Positions 50,231 through 62,304 of a stretch of 64,000 nt of DNA are shown here, piece after piece. Source of the stretch: Leucoraja ocellata (Eukaryota). The notes beneath the pieces were generated by a model that made no database searches, was not told where the DNA came from, and was given only the letters and a program-made list of their open reading frames with translations. Every line of letters starts with the position of its first letter. Position 1 is the stretch's first letter. The stretch lies in the NCBI GenBank assembly GCA_036785375.1, contig JAWMAR010000401.1:1-64000 (forward strand), read 5' to 3'. The position numbers and the translations under genes were made by a program.

Positions 50231-50699
50231 GATAGCTTTGGATAGTTTTTTTAAAAACACTCAATGTAGTTTTTCTGTGATTATCTTGACCTGTTAGATT
50301 TGAGCGAAAGTTATTTCAGCTCCTTTCACTCAAGCAGGATAAATAGCTGGGTCTTGTATGGAAACAAAGAACTGCAGATGCTGGTTAATATGCAAAAGGG
50401 AGCAGTGCTGGAGTAACTCAGCAGGCCAGACAGCATCTCTGGAGAATGTGACATTTTGGGTCGAGACCCTTCTTCAGACCCTAAACGTCACCTATCCATG
50501 TTCACCAGAGATGCTGCCTGACCTGCTGAGTTACTCCAGCAGTTTGTGCCCTTTTGGGTCCTATTTGGTGTACCTTGCATGACATTTTGAAATTTGCACT
50601 TTTACTTTTGTTAATTTCTGTGATGACTTGTGCAAATGAATAAACCCTGAATCTCATTGTGTAGCATTCATTTAGCTTGGGTATTTAGAAGTTATCATT

Positions 50700-52395
50700 T
50701 GTTATAGGAAAGATGTTGTCAAGTTGAAAAGGGTACAGAGAAGATTTATGAGAATGTTGCCAGAACTCAAGAGTCTGGGCTCTAGGGAGAGGTTGAGTAG
50801 GCTGGGACACTATTCCTTGGAGCGCAGAAGGATGAGGGGTGATCTTGTGTCTACAATCATGAGAGGAATAGATCCGGTAGATGCATAGTCTCCTGCCAGA
50901 ATCGGTGAATCAAGGACCAGAGGACATGGGTTTTAGGTAAAGTGGAAAAGATTTAATAGGAATCTGAGGGACTATCCTATCCAATCCATGTACCTTTCTA
51001 AATGTTTCTTAAATGCTGCAATAGTACCTGCCTCAACTACCTCCACTGGCAGCTCAAACCATATACCTGTCACCCTTTATTTAAGAAAAAAAAAATACCC
51101 TCAGATTCCTAATAAATCTTTCCCCCCTCGCCTTAAACCCATGTCCTCTGGTTCTCGATTCCCATTTTCTGGGAAAGAGACTCTGTGTGTTTACTTGATC
51201 CATTTTCCTCATGATTTTGTACACTTCTCTAAGATCACCCATCATCCTCCTGCGCTCCAAGGAATAGAGTCCTAGCCTGCTCAACCACTCCCTATAGCTC
51301 AGGTCCTTGGGTCCTAGCAATATCCTGGTAAATCTTCTCTGCACCTTGTTCAGCATGACAACGTCTTTCCTGTAACCTGGTGCCCAAATTGATGACACTA
51401 CTCTAAATGTGGCCTCACCAACATAGAAACATAGAAAATAGGTGCAGGAGTAGGCCATTCGGCCCTTCGAGCCTGCACCGCCATTCAATATGATCATGGC
51501 TGATCATCCAACTCAGTATCCCGTACCTGCCTTCTCTCTATTCCCCCTGATCCCTTTAGCCACAAGGGCCACATCTAACTCTCTCTTAAATATAGCCAAT
51601 GAACTGGCCTCGACTACCTTCTGTGGCAGAGAGTTCCAGAGATTCACCACTCTTTGTGTGAAAAATGTTTTTCTCATCTCGGTCCTAAAGTATTTCCCCC
51701 CTATCCTTAAGCTGTGACCCCTTGTCCTGGACTTCCCCAACATCGTGAACAATCTTCCTGCATCGCATCTAGCCTGTCCAACCACTTAAGAATGTTGTAG
51801 GTTTCTATAAGATCCCCCTCAATCTCTTAAATTCTAGCGAGTACAAGCCAACGTCTTATACTGTATAATTGTAACATGACCCCTCAACTTCCATACTCAA
51901 CTTCATCGGACAGATGAAGTGCCAAAAGACTGACAATCTTATGTACCTGCAATGCCACTTTCAAGGAACAATATCCTAGATCCCTCTGCTCCCCAGAGCC
52001 CTAGATCATAGATCCCTCTACTCCCCAGAGCCCTTTCATTCACTGTGTAGGTCCTGCCGATTTTTCTGTATTAAATTCCATTAACCATTCCTTCGCCCAC
52101 CTGTCCAACCGATCAAGATACTGCTGCAATTTCTGATAACCATCTTCACTATCTACAATACCACCCACATCTGTAAACTTATTAATCATGTCATGTACAT
52201 TCTCGTCCAAATCATCGATGTAGATGATAAACCTCAATGGAGCCCAGCACTGAACCTTGAGGCACATGACCAGTCACAGGTCTCCAGTCCGAAAAACAAT
52301 ATTCCACCATCACCCTCTGCTTCCTTCCATGAAGCCAATTTTCTATCTAATCAGCTATCTCTCCTTGGATTCCATGCGCTCTAACCTTCCAGAGT
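50700..52395. mobile_element. Cluster of CR1 fragments (+ 50700-50970; - 50970-52395 with a younger CR1 at 51421-51850 nested)
   Basis: ORF2 C-terminal and RT peptides; (agaaacat)n tail at 51421. Confidence 0.75.
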
Positions 52396-52649
52396 AATCT
52401 ACCAGCAGTTCTCAACAGCTGCCACTTCTTCATTTAAAAATCAAATTGATAATGATTGTCAGGTGTAATATGTTTGTCAAGACAATGGCATTTCCAAAAT
52501 ATCAATTTTTGAGGCAAACTTCAGTTGGCATCTGTTAGGAAACTTGCATTTGAAATGGATTTCTAGCTTGACTTATCAAAGTTTGATTAGAACTTAAGTA
52601 ACATGGAGATTAGTGTGGTAAGCATCTTTTGCCTTTTGTTTTCTATTAG

Positions 52650-52863
52650 GAGAATTCTGGCATGTGACTGACTTGCATTTGGATCCGACCTATCACTTGT
52701 CAGCTGATCCTACCAAAGTTTGCTTTTCATCATTGGGTCTTCCAGCAAAGCATGCAGGACTTTATGGAGACTATGCATGTGATTCACCATATAATCTTAT
52801 TCACTCTGCTTTTAAATTCATGAAAGATGCCGAAGTTCAACCCTCCTTTGTGATATGGACTGG
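52650..52863 (+). CDS. SMPDL3A: SMPDL3A exon 2
   Basis: GEFWHVTDLHLDPTYH...GDYACDSPY...FVIWTG; metallophosphoesterase DxH motif; AG/GT boundaries. Confidence 0.95.
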
Positions 52864-53439
52864 GTAAGCATTAATGTTACATAAAACCTTACTCTGACAA
52901 ATAATTTCTTCCACCAACACCATGGCTGTAGAACATATCTTCAACATAATGAAAGCTGCAATTACCAACAGGTTTCTTTGAGAACAATTCTTGTGCCTGT
53001 GACTATACCATAGAAGAACAAGTTGAGCAGGCTTATGGCAACGTCACCATAGTGGCATGCGACACTCCTCCATGTCGTGCGCTATGCATCCACAAATGTT
53101 TTATTGTTTGTTTATCATTATTTTGTTCTTGGGCACATCCATCAGATACCACCATCTGGTTGTATTTACCCCTAATGACGTGATCACCTCTGTCTGCATG
53201 AAGTGAGTCCCACTGAGGAATGTGTTTGGATGGTGAGAAGCTCTTATACAATTGGATACTGTTCTGTTTCCAGTATTTTTATTTGCAGTCATGGTCTTCC
53301 TCGACAGATCAGTGCAGTGCAAATGTTAATTATTTTCATACATATTATTTCAAATACAAATAATATCGTAGCTCGTAAAGTAATTGGGCTCAGTGTTTTC
53401 CTTAGCTGTTTATAAATAGTGTCTTTCCTTTTAATGCAG

Positions 53440-53584
53440 TGATAGTCCTCCCCATGTACCAGCTGAGAAACTCTCTACAAAGATCGTGATTGACATCCTC
53501 CATAATATGACACAGACTATTCAGAACCACTTCAAAGATCTACAAGTTTTTCCTGCTCTGGGAAACCATGACTTTTGGCCACAG
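53440..53584 (+). CDS. SMPDL3A: SMPDL3A exon 3
   Basis: GDSPPHVPAEKLSTK...VFPALGNHDFWPQ; GD and GNHD motifs. Confidence 0.95.
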
Positions 53585-54009
53585 GTAATGACAAAATAAA
53601 GATCTACATGAAGTATCAGGGTGTTTATATCACATAGTACTTTGCAAAGCATGTGCACTTTTTTGATGATTTGAGTTTTCACAAGCCTTTTTTTTTTTTG
53701 GCAAAATTAATCAAGGCAATTTAAGCAGATGGTTCATATTTGACATTTGTCATTACCCCAAATCTGCCACAACAGTAAGAGTAAGGGGGGAAAACACTTT
53801 CATCTTTTTTTATTTTATTCCCAGTCAGCAAAATACAAATAATTTAATATTTATGATTGACAAACTATAAAGAATGGTATTTTTATTGCTAGATCTTGAG
53901 AATATGGAGAACATCAGCATAGGAACAGGCCATTCTTGACAATATCGGTGCCGGTAATTGAGCTGAGAAAGCCATTTTTAGGAGTACTGATAAAATAACC
54001 AATAATAAA

Positions 54010-54190
54010 TAGGTGGCATGTTGGTGCTGAGTCAAAGTGCTTCACCGCTTCAGCAACCTGGGTTTAATCCTAATCTCTGGTAGTGTCCTTATGGAATTTG
54101 CACATGTTCCCTGTGACCAACTGAGTTTCTTCTCCCACATACTGAAGATGTGCTTGTTGTAAGGTTAATTGAGCTCTGGAAGTTGCTATT
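54010..54190 (+). mobile_element. Degenerate tRNA-derived SINE
   Basis: ggtggca...ctgggtttaatcc...ggaatttgcacatgttcc. Confidence 0.55.
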
Positions 54191-54194
54191 AGTA

Positions 54195-55250
54195 ATGGCA
54201 TGTTGGCCTTCATAACAAGAGGAATTCAGTACAGGCGCAAAGAGGTCCTTCTGCAGTTGTACAGGGCCCTGGTGAGACCACACCTGGAGTAATGTGTGCA
54301 GTTTTGGTCTCCAAATTTGAGGAAGGACATTCTTGCTATTGTGGGAGTGCAGCGTAGATTCACAAAGTTAATTCCCCGGATGGTGGAACTGTCGTATGTT
54401 GAAAGAATGGAACGACTGGGCTTGTGTACAATGGAATTTAGGATGAGATGTTATTGAATCATATAAATGGCCTGTCCCACTAGGCGATTTTTTTTTTGGT
54501 AGGCCACTGTCATAGTCGTAGCAGGTCGCCGAAAAACCGGCGACTGGAGTAATGGGCCTGTCCCACTTAGGTGATTTTATTTTAGGCGACTGCCGGCGAC
54601 CACGACAATGGAATTCACTGAAGTCAGCACCGGCGATGACCTACGTCATCCTGGCGACAACCTACGACAGCACCTACGTCAGGAGAAGACAAGCTACAAC
54701 AAACCCACGGTCACCGACTCGCCGAAAAGTATTGAACATTTCAAACTCCAGCGACGACCAGAAAAAAGCTATAACTATTTGGTCGACTGTTGAGACTACT
54801 CACGATCATACAGGCGACACCCCGGCGACTATGTGGTGATAGCCTAGTCGCTGGCAGTTGCCTAAAAAAGCGCCTAAGTGGGACAGGCCCTTAAGATTAG
54901 TAAGGGATTGGACACACTAGAGGCAGGAAACGTGTTCCCGATGTTGGGGGAATCCTGAACAAGGGGCCATAGTATAAGAATAAGGGGTAGGCCATTTACA
55001 ATGGAGATGAGGAACAACTTTTTCACCCAGAAAGTTGTGAATCTGTGGAATTCTCTGCTTCAGAAGGCAGTGGAGGCCAATTCTCTGGATGCTTTCAAGA
55101 GAGAGTTAGATAGAGCTGTTAAAGATAGCGGAGTCAAGGGATATGGGGAAAAGGCAGTTACTGATTGTAGATGATCAGCCATGATCACAGTGAATGGCGG
55201 TGCCAGCTCGAAGGCCCGAATTGCCTACTCCTGCACCTATTGTCTATTGT
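54195..55250 (+). mobile_element. CR1 3' part interrupted by a MITE
   Basis: ORF2 C-terminal homology plus ctattgtctattg tail. Confidence 0.8.
54467..54891. mobile_element. PIF/Harbinger-type MITE
   Basis: TIR (t/a)GGGCCTGTCCCACTTAGG / CCTAAGTGGGACAGGCCCt; TAA target duplication at 54464-54466 / 54892-54894. Confidence 0.8.
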
Positions 55251-55607
55251 AAGTATGCGAGTGGAAAAATCTGAATGGATAGGAGCGTGGAGCGGATTAA
55301 AAAAGGGGTGGTACAAATGTATGCTTGATCGTTGGCAGAGACTCAGCGGTTCAAAAGGCCTGTGTTGTCTCGCTCTGTAACTATAAAATGTTACCAAGAC
55401 TTTTCAATGACAATTATTGCAACTACAGTTTATTTTGGTAAATATTGCAAGGTGAATATTCCAATGAAAAGTCTAACCTAATATCAATGTTGATCGGGAA
55501 GTTGGTCATAGAGCATGGAACAGAAATAGACCCTTTGGCCGCATTGCTGCAAATTTAACCTTCACATCTGTTGCATGTGTTCTACACCCCTCAATTCCCT
55601 ATTTATT

Positions 55608-56160
55608 ACATAGATACATGGAAAATAGGTGCAGGAGTAGACCATTCGGCCCTTCAATCCAGCACCGCCACTCCACTAGGCCTAAGAGTTCTATCTAACT
55701 CTATTTTGAATGCATCCAGTGAGTCGGCTTCCTCTGCCTTCTGAGGCTGAGAATTCCACAAATTCATATCTTTCTGGGTGAAAACATTTTTCCTCATCTC
55801 AGTTCTAAATGGCCTACTACCCCTTATTCTTAAAATGTGGCACCTGGTTCTGGATTCCCCAACATCGGGAACATGTTTCCTGCCTCTAGCGTGTCCAATC
55901 CCTTAATAATTTTATGTTTCTATTAGAACGCCTCTCATCCTTCTAAATTCCAATGCATACAAGTCCAGTCGTTCCATTATTTCATCATATGACAGTCGCA
56001 CCATCCCGGGAATTAACCTTGTGAACCTAAGCTGCACTCCCTTAATAGCAACAATGTCTTTCCTCAAATTAGGAGACCACAACTGTACACAATTCCTCTT
56101 TGTTCCTATACTCAAATCCACTCATTATGAAGGCCAACATTAACTTTCTTCACTGTCTGT
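55608..56160 (-). mobile_element. CR1 3' fragment
   Basis: CVQLWSPNLRKDIVAIKGVQ. Confidence 0.8.
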
Positions 56161-56229
56161 GTAGGTTTATAGTTTTGTTTATAGTTTTGGACATACAGCA
56201 TGGAAATGGGGTCATTGGCCTTCGATCAC

Positions 56230-56500
56230 TCATTCACACTTGTTCAATGTTATCCCCATTTTCTCATCTGCTCCCTGCGCATTAGGGGCAATTTTATGGA
56301 GGCCAGTTAACAGACAAATCTGCGTGTCTTTGGGATGTGGGTGGAAATTGGAGCACCCGGAGGAAATCCATGAGGAGGGATCTGCTGGGGGAGTGTGCAC
56401 ACTCCACACAGATAGGATTAGGAAGTAAGAAGGTCAGGGTCGAACCCGGATCTCTGACACTGTGCAATAGCAGCCCAACTAGCTGTACCATTTGTGCCAC
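56230..56500 (-). mobile_element. tRNA-derived SINE
   Basis: Minus strand gtggcacaaatggtacag...ccgggttcgaccc B box. Confidence 0.75.
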
Positions 56501-56627
56501 TTTAAATGCTGCTTAAATATTGCTATTGTATCTAATTGCACTAATTCCCCCGGAGCGGCTTTGAAAGTACACTTTATAAGTTCATATATATTAAAAAATA
56601 ATAATTATTATCTTCTCTTTTTGTTAG

Positions 56628-56724
56628 GATCAGCTTCCTGTTAATATGAGTGAAGTTTATTGTGCTGCAGCTGACATGTGGAAACAGTGGTTGACACCCG
56701 AATCACGTAGTACCCTGCAAAAAG
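56628..56724 (+). CDS. SMPDL3A: SMPDL3A exon 4
   Basis: DQLPVNMSEVYCAAADMWKQWLTPESRSTLQK + G|gtaac. Confidence 0.93.
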
Positions 56725-56999
56725 GTAACACTGCTCATGAAAACAATGAATGCTGACCAGGCAACATCAGTGGAGAGTGAAACAGAGTCAATGTTTCAGA
56801 CAAGTACACATCATCAAATATGGAAAAGTAAGAAGACCGGTCTGTTTTAAGTTGCAGAGCAGGCAATACGTGGAAAGATAGAATTGAGGGAGGGGGGAGA
56901 TGAGAATGCAGGCCAATGTCAAAGTAAGAATCACAAAAAAAACAGTATTTGCAGAGTGTTTGCCCCTTCTCTGTGGTGAAGGGGCAGCCATGGGTGTCT

Positions 57000-57585
57000 G
57001 GTGTCATCAGAATGGATTCAGCGTCATTGTTCAACTTCTGTCAAGGAGAAGCTATACTTCACCCTCGTTCGACCTCAGTTGCAGCATGGGACCTATACAC
57101 AAATAGAAACATTTCTTCCATTGAACGTGTCCAAAGTCAGGCAGCTCGATTTTTTGTTACTAATACCTATGAGAGAGAAGCGAGTGTTACCAAACATCTG
57201 ATTTCACTGGGGTGGAACCCTCTCCAAGACAGACGTGAAGCTCACCGTTAGATCTGTTTTTACAATATGTTAAATGGTCAGCTCGACATAGATAACCAAA
57301 CCTACACCAACCCCAAACCAATTAGGAGCAAACAAAGGCATTTGATCCAATTTGAGATACCAGCTACCAAGACAGATGTGTACAACGATTCATTCTTCCC
57401 CCCCCCCCCTGCACAATTAAAGCATGGACTAGTCTTCACCCTTCCATAGTTACCCAACCAGATGCAACTAAATTTAAGGTAGCTCTTTCTTCCTAAGAAC
57501 CCTTTCTGGCTTAAGTCCTCCCTCCACCACCTCCAGTTTAAATTCAATTTGGAATATTTAGGAGGACCAGGAAACCAAGAACCAA
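57000..57585 (+). mobile_element. Divergent CR1-group LINE 3' fragment
   Basis: KEKLYFTLVRPQL, IERVQSQAARFFVTNTYEREASVTKHLISLGWNPLQDRR, DSFFP; (aaccaag)n tail. Confidence 0.65.
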
Positions 57586-59204
57586 GCGGAGGCAGAGAAA
57601 CTGGAGGAACTAGATAAAGACCTTTATAGAAAGGAAAGCTAGTTGTGTGAAGAACCTGAGTAGACCTGAGATGGGCACAATAACACATATTCCAATGAGG
57701 AGTTGTGCACACCTGGGTCCCCTGTGGCTCCATCTTCATTGTGGCAAAGGTGAATGAAGATGTAGAAGTTGTTCAAAGTAAGAATGTGTTGAAACCTCAC
57801 AAATGTGATTACCTTTGCTGCAGCAATTCTAACCTGCATTCCACATCTTTAAACACTTTGTTTTCTCTGCAGCTGCCCTATTTAATTGTATTAATCTAAT
57901 AGGTCTTTAAATATTGGGATTGCCTGGGCAACCAGAATGAGGCCACTGGGGCTGACAAAGGATATTAAAGATAGCATTAAAGCAAAAGAGGGCATGTAAC
58001 ATGGCAAAGATTAATATGAAGCTGGAGGATTGGGAAGCTTGTAAAAATCCAGATAGGAGTAGGCATGGGTTGCTGGAAAATCATGTTGGAGAAGCAACCT
58101 TTAGAATGGAGATGAGAAGAAATATATTTTGCTGAAGGTCGTGAATCTGTGGAACATTCCGACAGATTGCTAAGGAGACTAAGTCATTGGGTATTTTTCA
58201 AGTGGAGATAGATTGATTCTTGATTAGAAAGTGGTCAAAGGTTATGGGGAGAAGGCAGGAGAATGAAGTTGGGAGTGAAATATAAATCAGCCATGATGGA
58301 ATGGTGGGGTAGACTCAATGGGCCAAATGGCCTAATTCTGCTCCTATGTCATGAATTTATGAAACCAAATGCAGATTGGGTAATGACTACAGAATATTTG
58401 CAAGAGTAACTCTGAGCTCCAGTTGCCTAATGCTTTATCCATCCCATTCCTATTCTCACGCGTGGCTTTAACTTTCTGCGTTGTTCCAGTGATTTTCAAT
58501 TTGAGTTTGAAGGATTAGGAACAGTAAAACTCCAATAATCCATCATCTGACTATTTGGAAATCTTGATGGTTTGACATTTGAGTGACCAGGTAATGTTTG
58601 CTGCACTCAACTTGTGCCCTGGTTCCACTGCTCCCTTTCAACTTATCTGGTTTACTTAACATTTTATTGTCATTATGTGATATTATTAAAAAGTGAAGTA
58701 AGTGCATTGCTGAGTTCCTCAGTGTATCCAAGTATCCCTCAGTTTCCATTTTTATTATTTTCTGTCTCTTAACTGTTGACTTTTAAAGTAATTGTTATCG
58801 TGTTAACTGTGCTCCTACCCTATTACTGATATTCTATGTATCCCTCCCCCACTCTCTGCAGCTTAAAACATGTTTTCACCTCTTATTTTCTGATGAAGAT
58901 TCCTTGACCTGAAATTTAACTGTTTCTCAACACCCAAGGATGAGCTATTTGAGTACATCAGCAATTTCGGTTTCAGTTTTGGAGTTAAATTTGTTGCTTG
59001 TAATATTTTAATTGAAAATTGAAAAGTGAAATCATATTTGGTCCATTCTTAGTCATGTGTGTGACCAAAAATATGAAAAATTGTGGAATACATCTCTTCT
59101 AATTCTGAAAGCATTACAGATATATTGTTTTGTACTATATATGACACTTTTTTTTTTTCGAGGTTTATGTGAAATGTTCATGTTATGCTGACAGTGTTTG
59201 TCCA

Positions 59205-59429
59205 GGGTCAGAGGTCAAATATGACTGGTCACGTGTGTGACCTCACACAGAAGCATTTTTTTCATCTCAGTTTTATCTTACAAACTGCATTTTAAAAAGC
59301 TAGAATGTTCATATCTTTAGCAGACATGCATTATTGTTATGCAGGTAGGAAAACAGCAATGAGTAAGATTAATCTCTTACAAGAATTTTTCAATGTATCA
59401 CTTTATGTGATGCCATCTGGTCACGTGAC
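59205..59429. promoter_or_regulatory. Candidate intronic enhancer (DR1 + CLEAR motifs)
   Basis: GGGTCAgAGGTCA at 59205-59217, GGTCACGTG at 59227-59235, perfect GTCACGTGAC at 59420-59429. Confidence 0.4.
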
Positions 59430-60219
59430 ATTTTGGATCACTTTCCAAAGAATGGCCCATTTTGGTTTGTCTTTTAAACGTACCCATATGCATTTGCTGC
59501 ACTAAAAATAATTGATCTTGTACAATTTTAAGTACGGATGTTGTTTGTATTAATAAAAAATCAAACGGCACATGGTTTCTGCCTAATTCAATTAATTTGC
59601 ACAAAAAATGTCTTAAGGAATTGGTTGAAGATGTTTGGCATTATTTGTGTAATGCTACAGATACACATTGGTTCTATGAGTAAGCAGATGTTTAATTAAT
59701 TGGATGATCAATTCCACCTTCCTATGCAATAGTTGATTCAAAACTTGATTCGTAATGAATGCTAATTAGTAGAGCTTTAGTGTAGGTTCATCTTACACTA
59801 AGGAGGTTCTAATCTTCTTGGTTCTCTTCTGATTTATATCCCACATTTGGTGTAAACTCAAATTCAAAACCACTTATAGCATTGCTTTGTGAAATTCAGT
59901 TTAAAGTATCCTATGATAATGAGACTTTTGAGTAACCAAGGGATGAATTTACACCTAGCCATCTTGCATTTTGAAAGGAATCCTCACCATTGGGGAAATT
60001 CATTCTTCATGATACAAATTAAGAAATTGACCAGCTGGGTTACTCCAGCACTTTGTCTTTTTTTTAAACCCGCATCTGCCGTCCCTTGTATCTCTAAACA
60101 GGTGTCTCCTGCTGTCTTAGTGATAAAGTTCAACCCTTCCATTGATGGGGAGGAGATTAGATTACTTAATCTTTAGTTATTTTAACTGTACATTTCAGTT
60201 TGATTTCCTCTTCCTATAG

Positions 60220-60404
60220 GTGGTTTCTACACCCAGGTCCTTAATGTTAATGCTACTCAGCATAAGCAGACACTCCGGATAATCAGCCTGAATACAAATT
60301 TGTACTACGGTCCAAATAAAGTGACAGAGAAATTGCCAGATCCTGCAGGGCAGTTTGAGTGGTTCGAAGAAATATTGAAGAGGGCTCAGAAAAATAAAGA
60401 GAAG
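60220..60404 (+). CDS. SMPDL3A: SMPDL3A exon 5
   Basis: GGFYTQ...LRIISLNTNLYYGPN...DPAGQFEWFEEILKRAQKNKEK|gtaaat. Confidence 0.95.
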
Positions 60405-62304
60405 GTAAATCTATTTCTCGTGTTCAAAATAGAACATCGTTGGAGCAAATAATCCTTTATCATTTGCCAGTTAACAATTTAATATTGATGTAATTGAGGT
60501 TTTATTTTGTAAATTAATTAATGACATACCATGTAATTTGGTGTACATGTTGTTCCTGTGTCTGGCTCTCTATGTTTGTGGGGTGTATCACTTGGAACAT
60601 GCAGTGAGGTCTTGCATGCAGAAGCAAAGGGAACGAGGGCACAGTGATATCAGCCCAGGATTAAGAGTGAATGGTAGAGGAGAGGGATGGAGAAAAGACC
60701 GAAGCATTTTCTTTTTTCCCTCTCTCTTGCTGACTCTTGTGTGAGATGCGTCCCTCCCCAACATGCCCCTGCCCTTTCTTCACTTCCCCAACCACCGCCC
60801 TCTGTCTCTGGTATCCAGGACAAGGTGTGTCTGACATGAGGTCCTATAACCAAGGCAACATGATGTGTTTGATGCACCCCAGCTGATAATGCAACCCATA
60901 GTTTGGGAAGACTGATTGATTATATACACCGTGTATAAGTCGCCACCCATTTTAGTTAGACCTTCCAAATGGCTTAATAGTTCCTAGCACATTAAATTTA
61001 TGGAACCCAACAGCTCAGTTGAGTTAAAAATGCCATAATTTCTCCGAATAAAGTGGGTCGAGTACCTTTGTGAATTTTGTCATAGTCTGTTGTTGACATT
61101 TGCTGGGTCACAGTGTTGTCAGTCAAGGACAGCTTTAATTCCTGACTGGTTGGTACAAATACATTAGATCCTATTTATTTAATGGGTAATCCTTTGATTT
61201 TACAATACCTTAGATACTGTAGGGCATTTAGGGATTTTTTTATTAAAGTAAAATCTACTTTTTTTCACGACTTAATTTATTTCTTTATAATATTTAAGAG
61301 TTGTCCATTAAGTGATTTAAAAAAAAAAAGTATCTATATATAATCTATTGGTGGGAAAGTGGGTATTTTTTTAAAGCTTTTTCAGCTGCAGATCCCACAT
61401 GATTCCCCTATTTTGTCTACAAGTTAGTGGCCTTCATGTATGAACTTCTATTCTTTCCTTTTACTTTGAGAATGAGTCACAACACAAGATGTTTCACAGC
61501 ATATTGGCAGTAAATGTCCCGAAAACACTGTATCCCCATATCTTGTTTTGTAAATGCCTGCAATTTCTTTCGTTTTGTCCTATTTCTTTTTGTATTCTTA
61601 CAGTGAATAAATGGCATAATATGCTTTTTAATGGCAGTTGAAAATTAAGTGTTTTAAGAATTACAAGTAGAGAGTGCAGCAAACAACTGCTCAACTGGTT
61701 AATGTTGTGAGCACTTTAGAGGTTAAGGCAGACTCTGGTTAAAATGGCATAATCCATACAGGGGAACAAATCTGATCCAAACTCTGCTTAATGATAGATA
61801 GAAATAAAGATAGATCATTATCATATCACAGAGAAATTATTTGTTTTGCATAACATACACAAAGTATGCAGTCATCACATATAGGGCACTGTCAATTTCC
61901 ATATTTCTAATCTCCATAATGAATGTTCTATCCTGGGCCTCTTCCATTGCCAGTGAGGTCACACAGGATCCATCTACGGTGTTGAATAATCAAAAACTAT
62001 ATCTTTATGTTTTTTGGAAAATTGCTTTAGGGAAGGCAGCTTTCTTGAAAATAAAAAAAAAAAAGACACAGTGCTGGAGTAACTCAGCGGATCAGGCAGC
62101 ACTCCACCAGCCTCTGCATCCATCAAAACCTTCTCTGAGATTGCTGCCACCTTCAAATTGTTCCCATCACCAGCCTTCGTCCGAAAAAGCGTCTCGACCT
62201 GAAACATTACCCATTCCTTCTCTCTAGAGATGCTGCCCGTCCCGCTGAGTTACTCCAGCTTTTTGTGTCTATCTTTGGTTTAAACCAGCATCTGCAGTTC
62301 CTTG

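Noticed and set aside
51975-52035. Short tandem duplication (~27 bp; a similar one at 34693-34786)
   Set aside because: Ordinary slippage duplication inside decayed repeats
60560-61030. Possible solo LTR (also 53030-53260)
   Set aside because: Termini and TSD could not be defined
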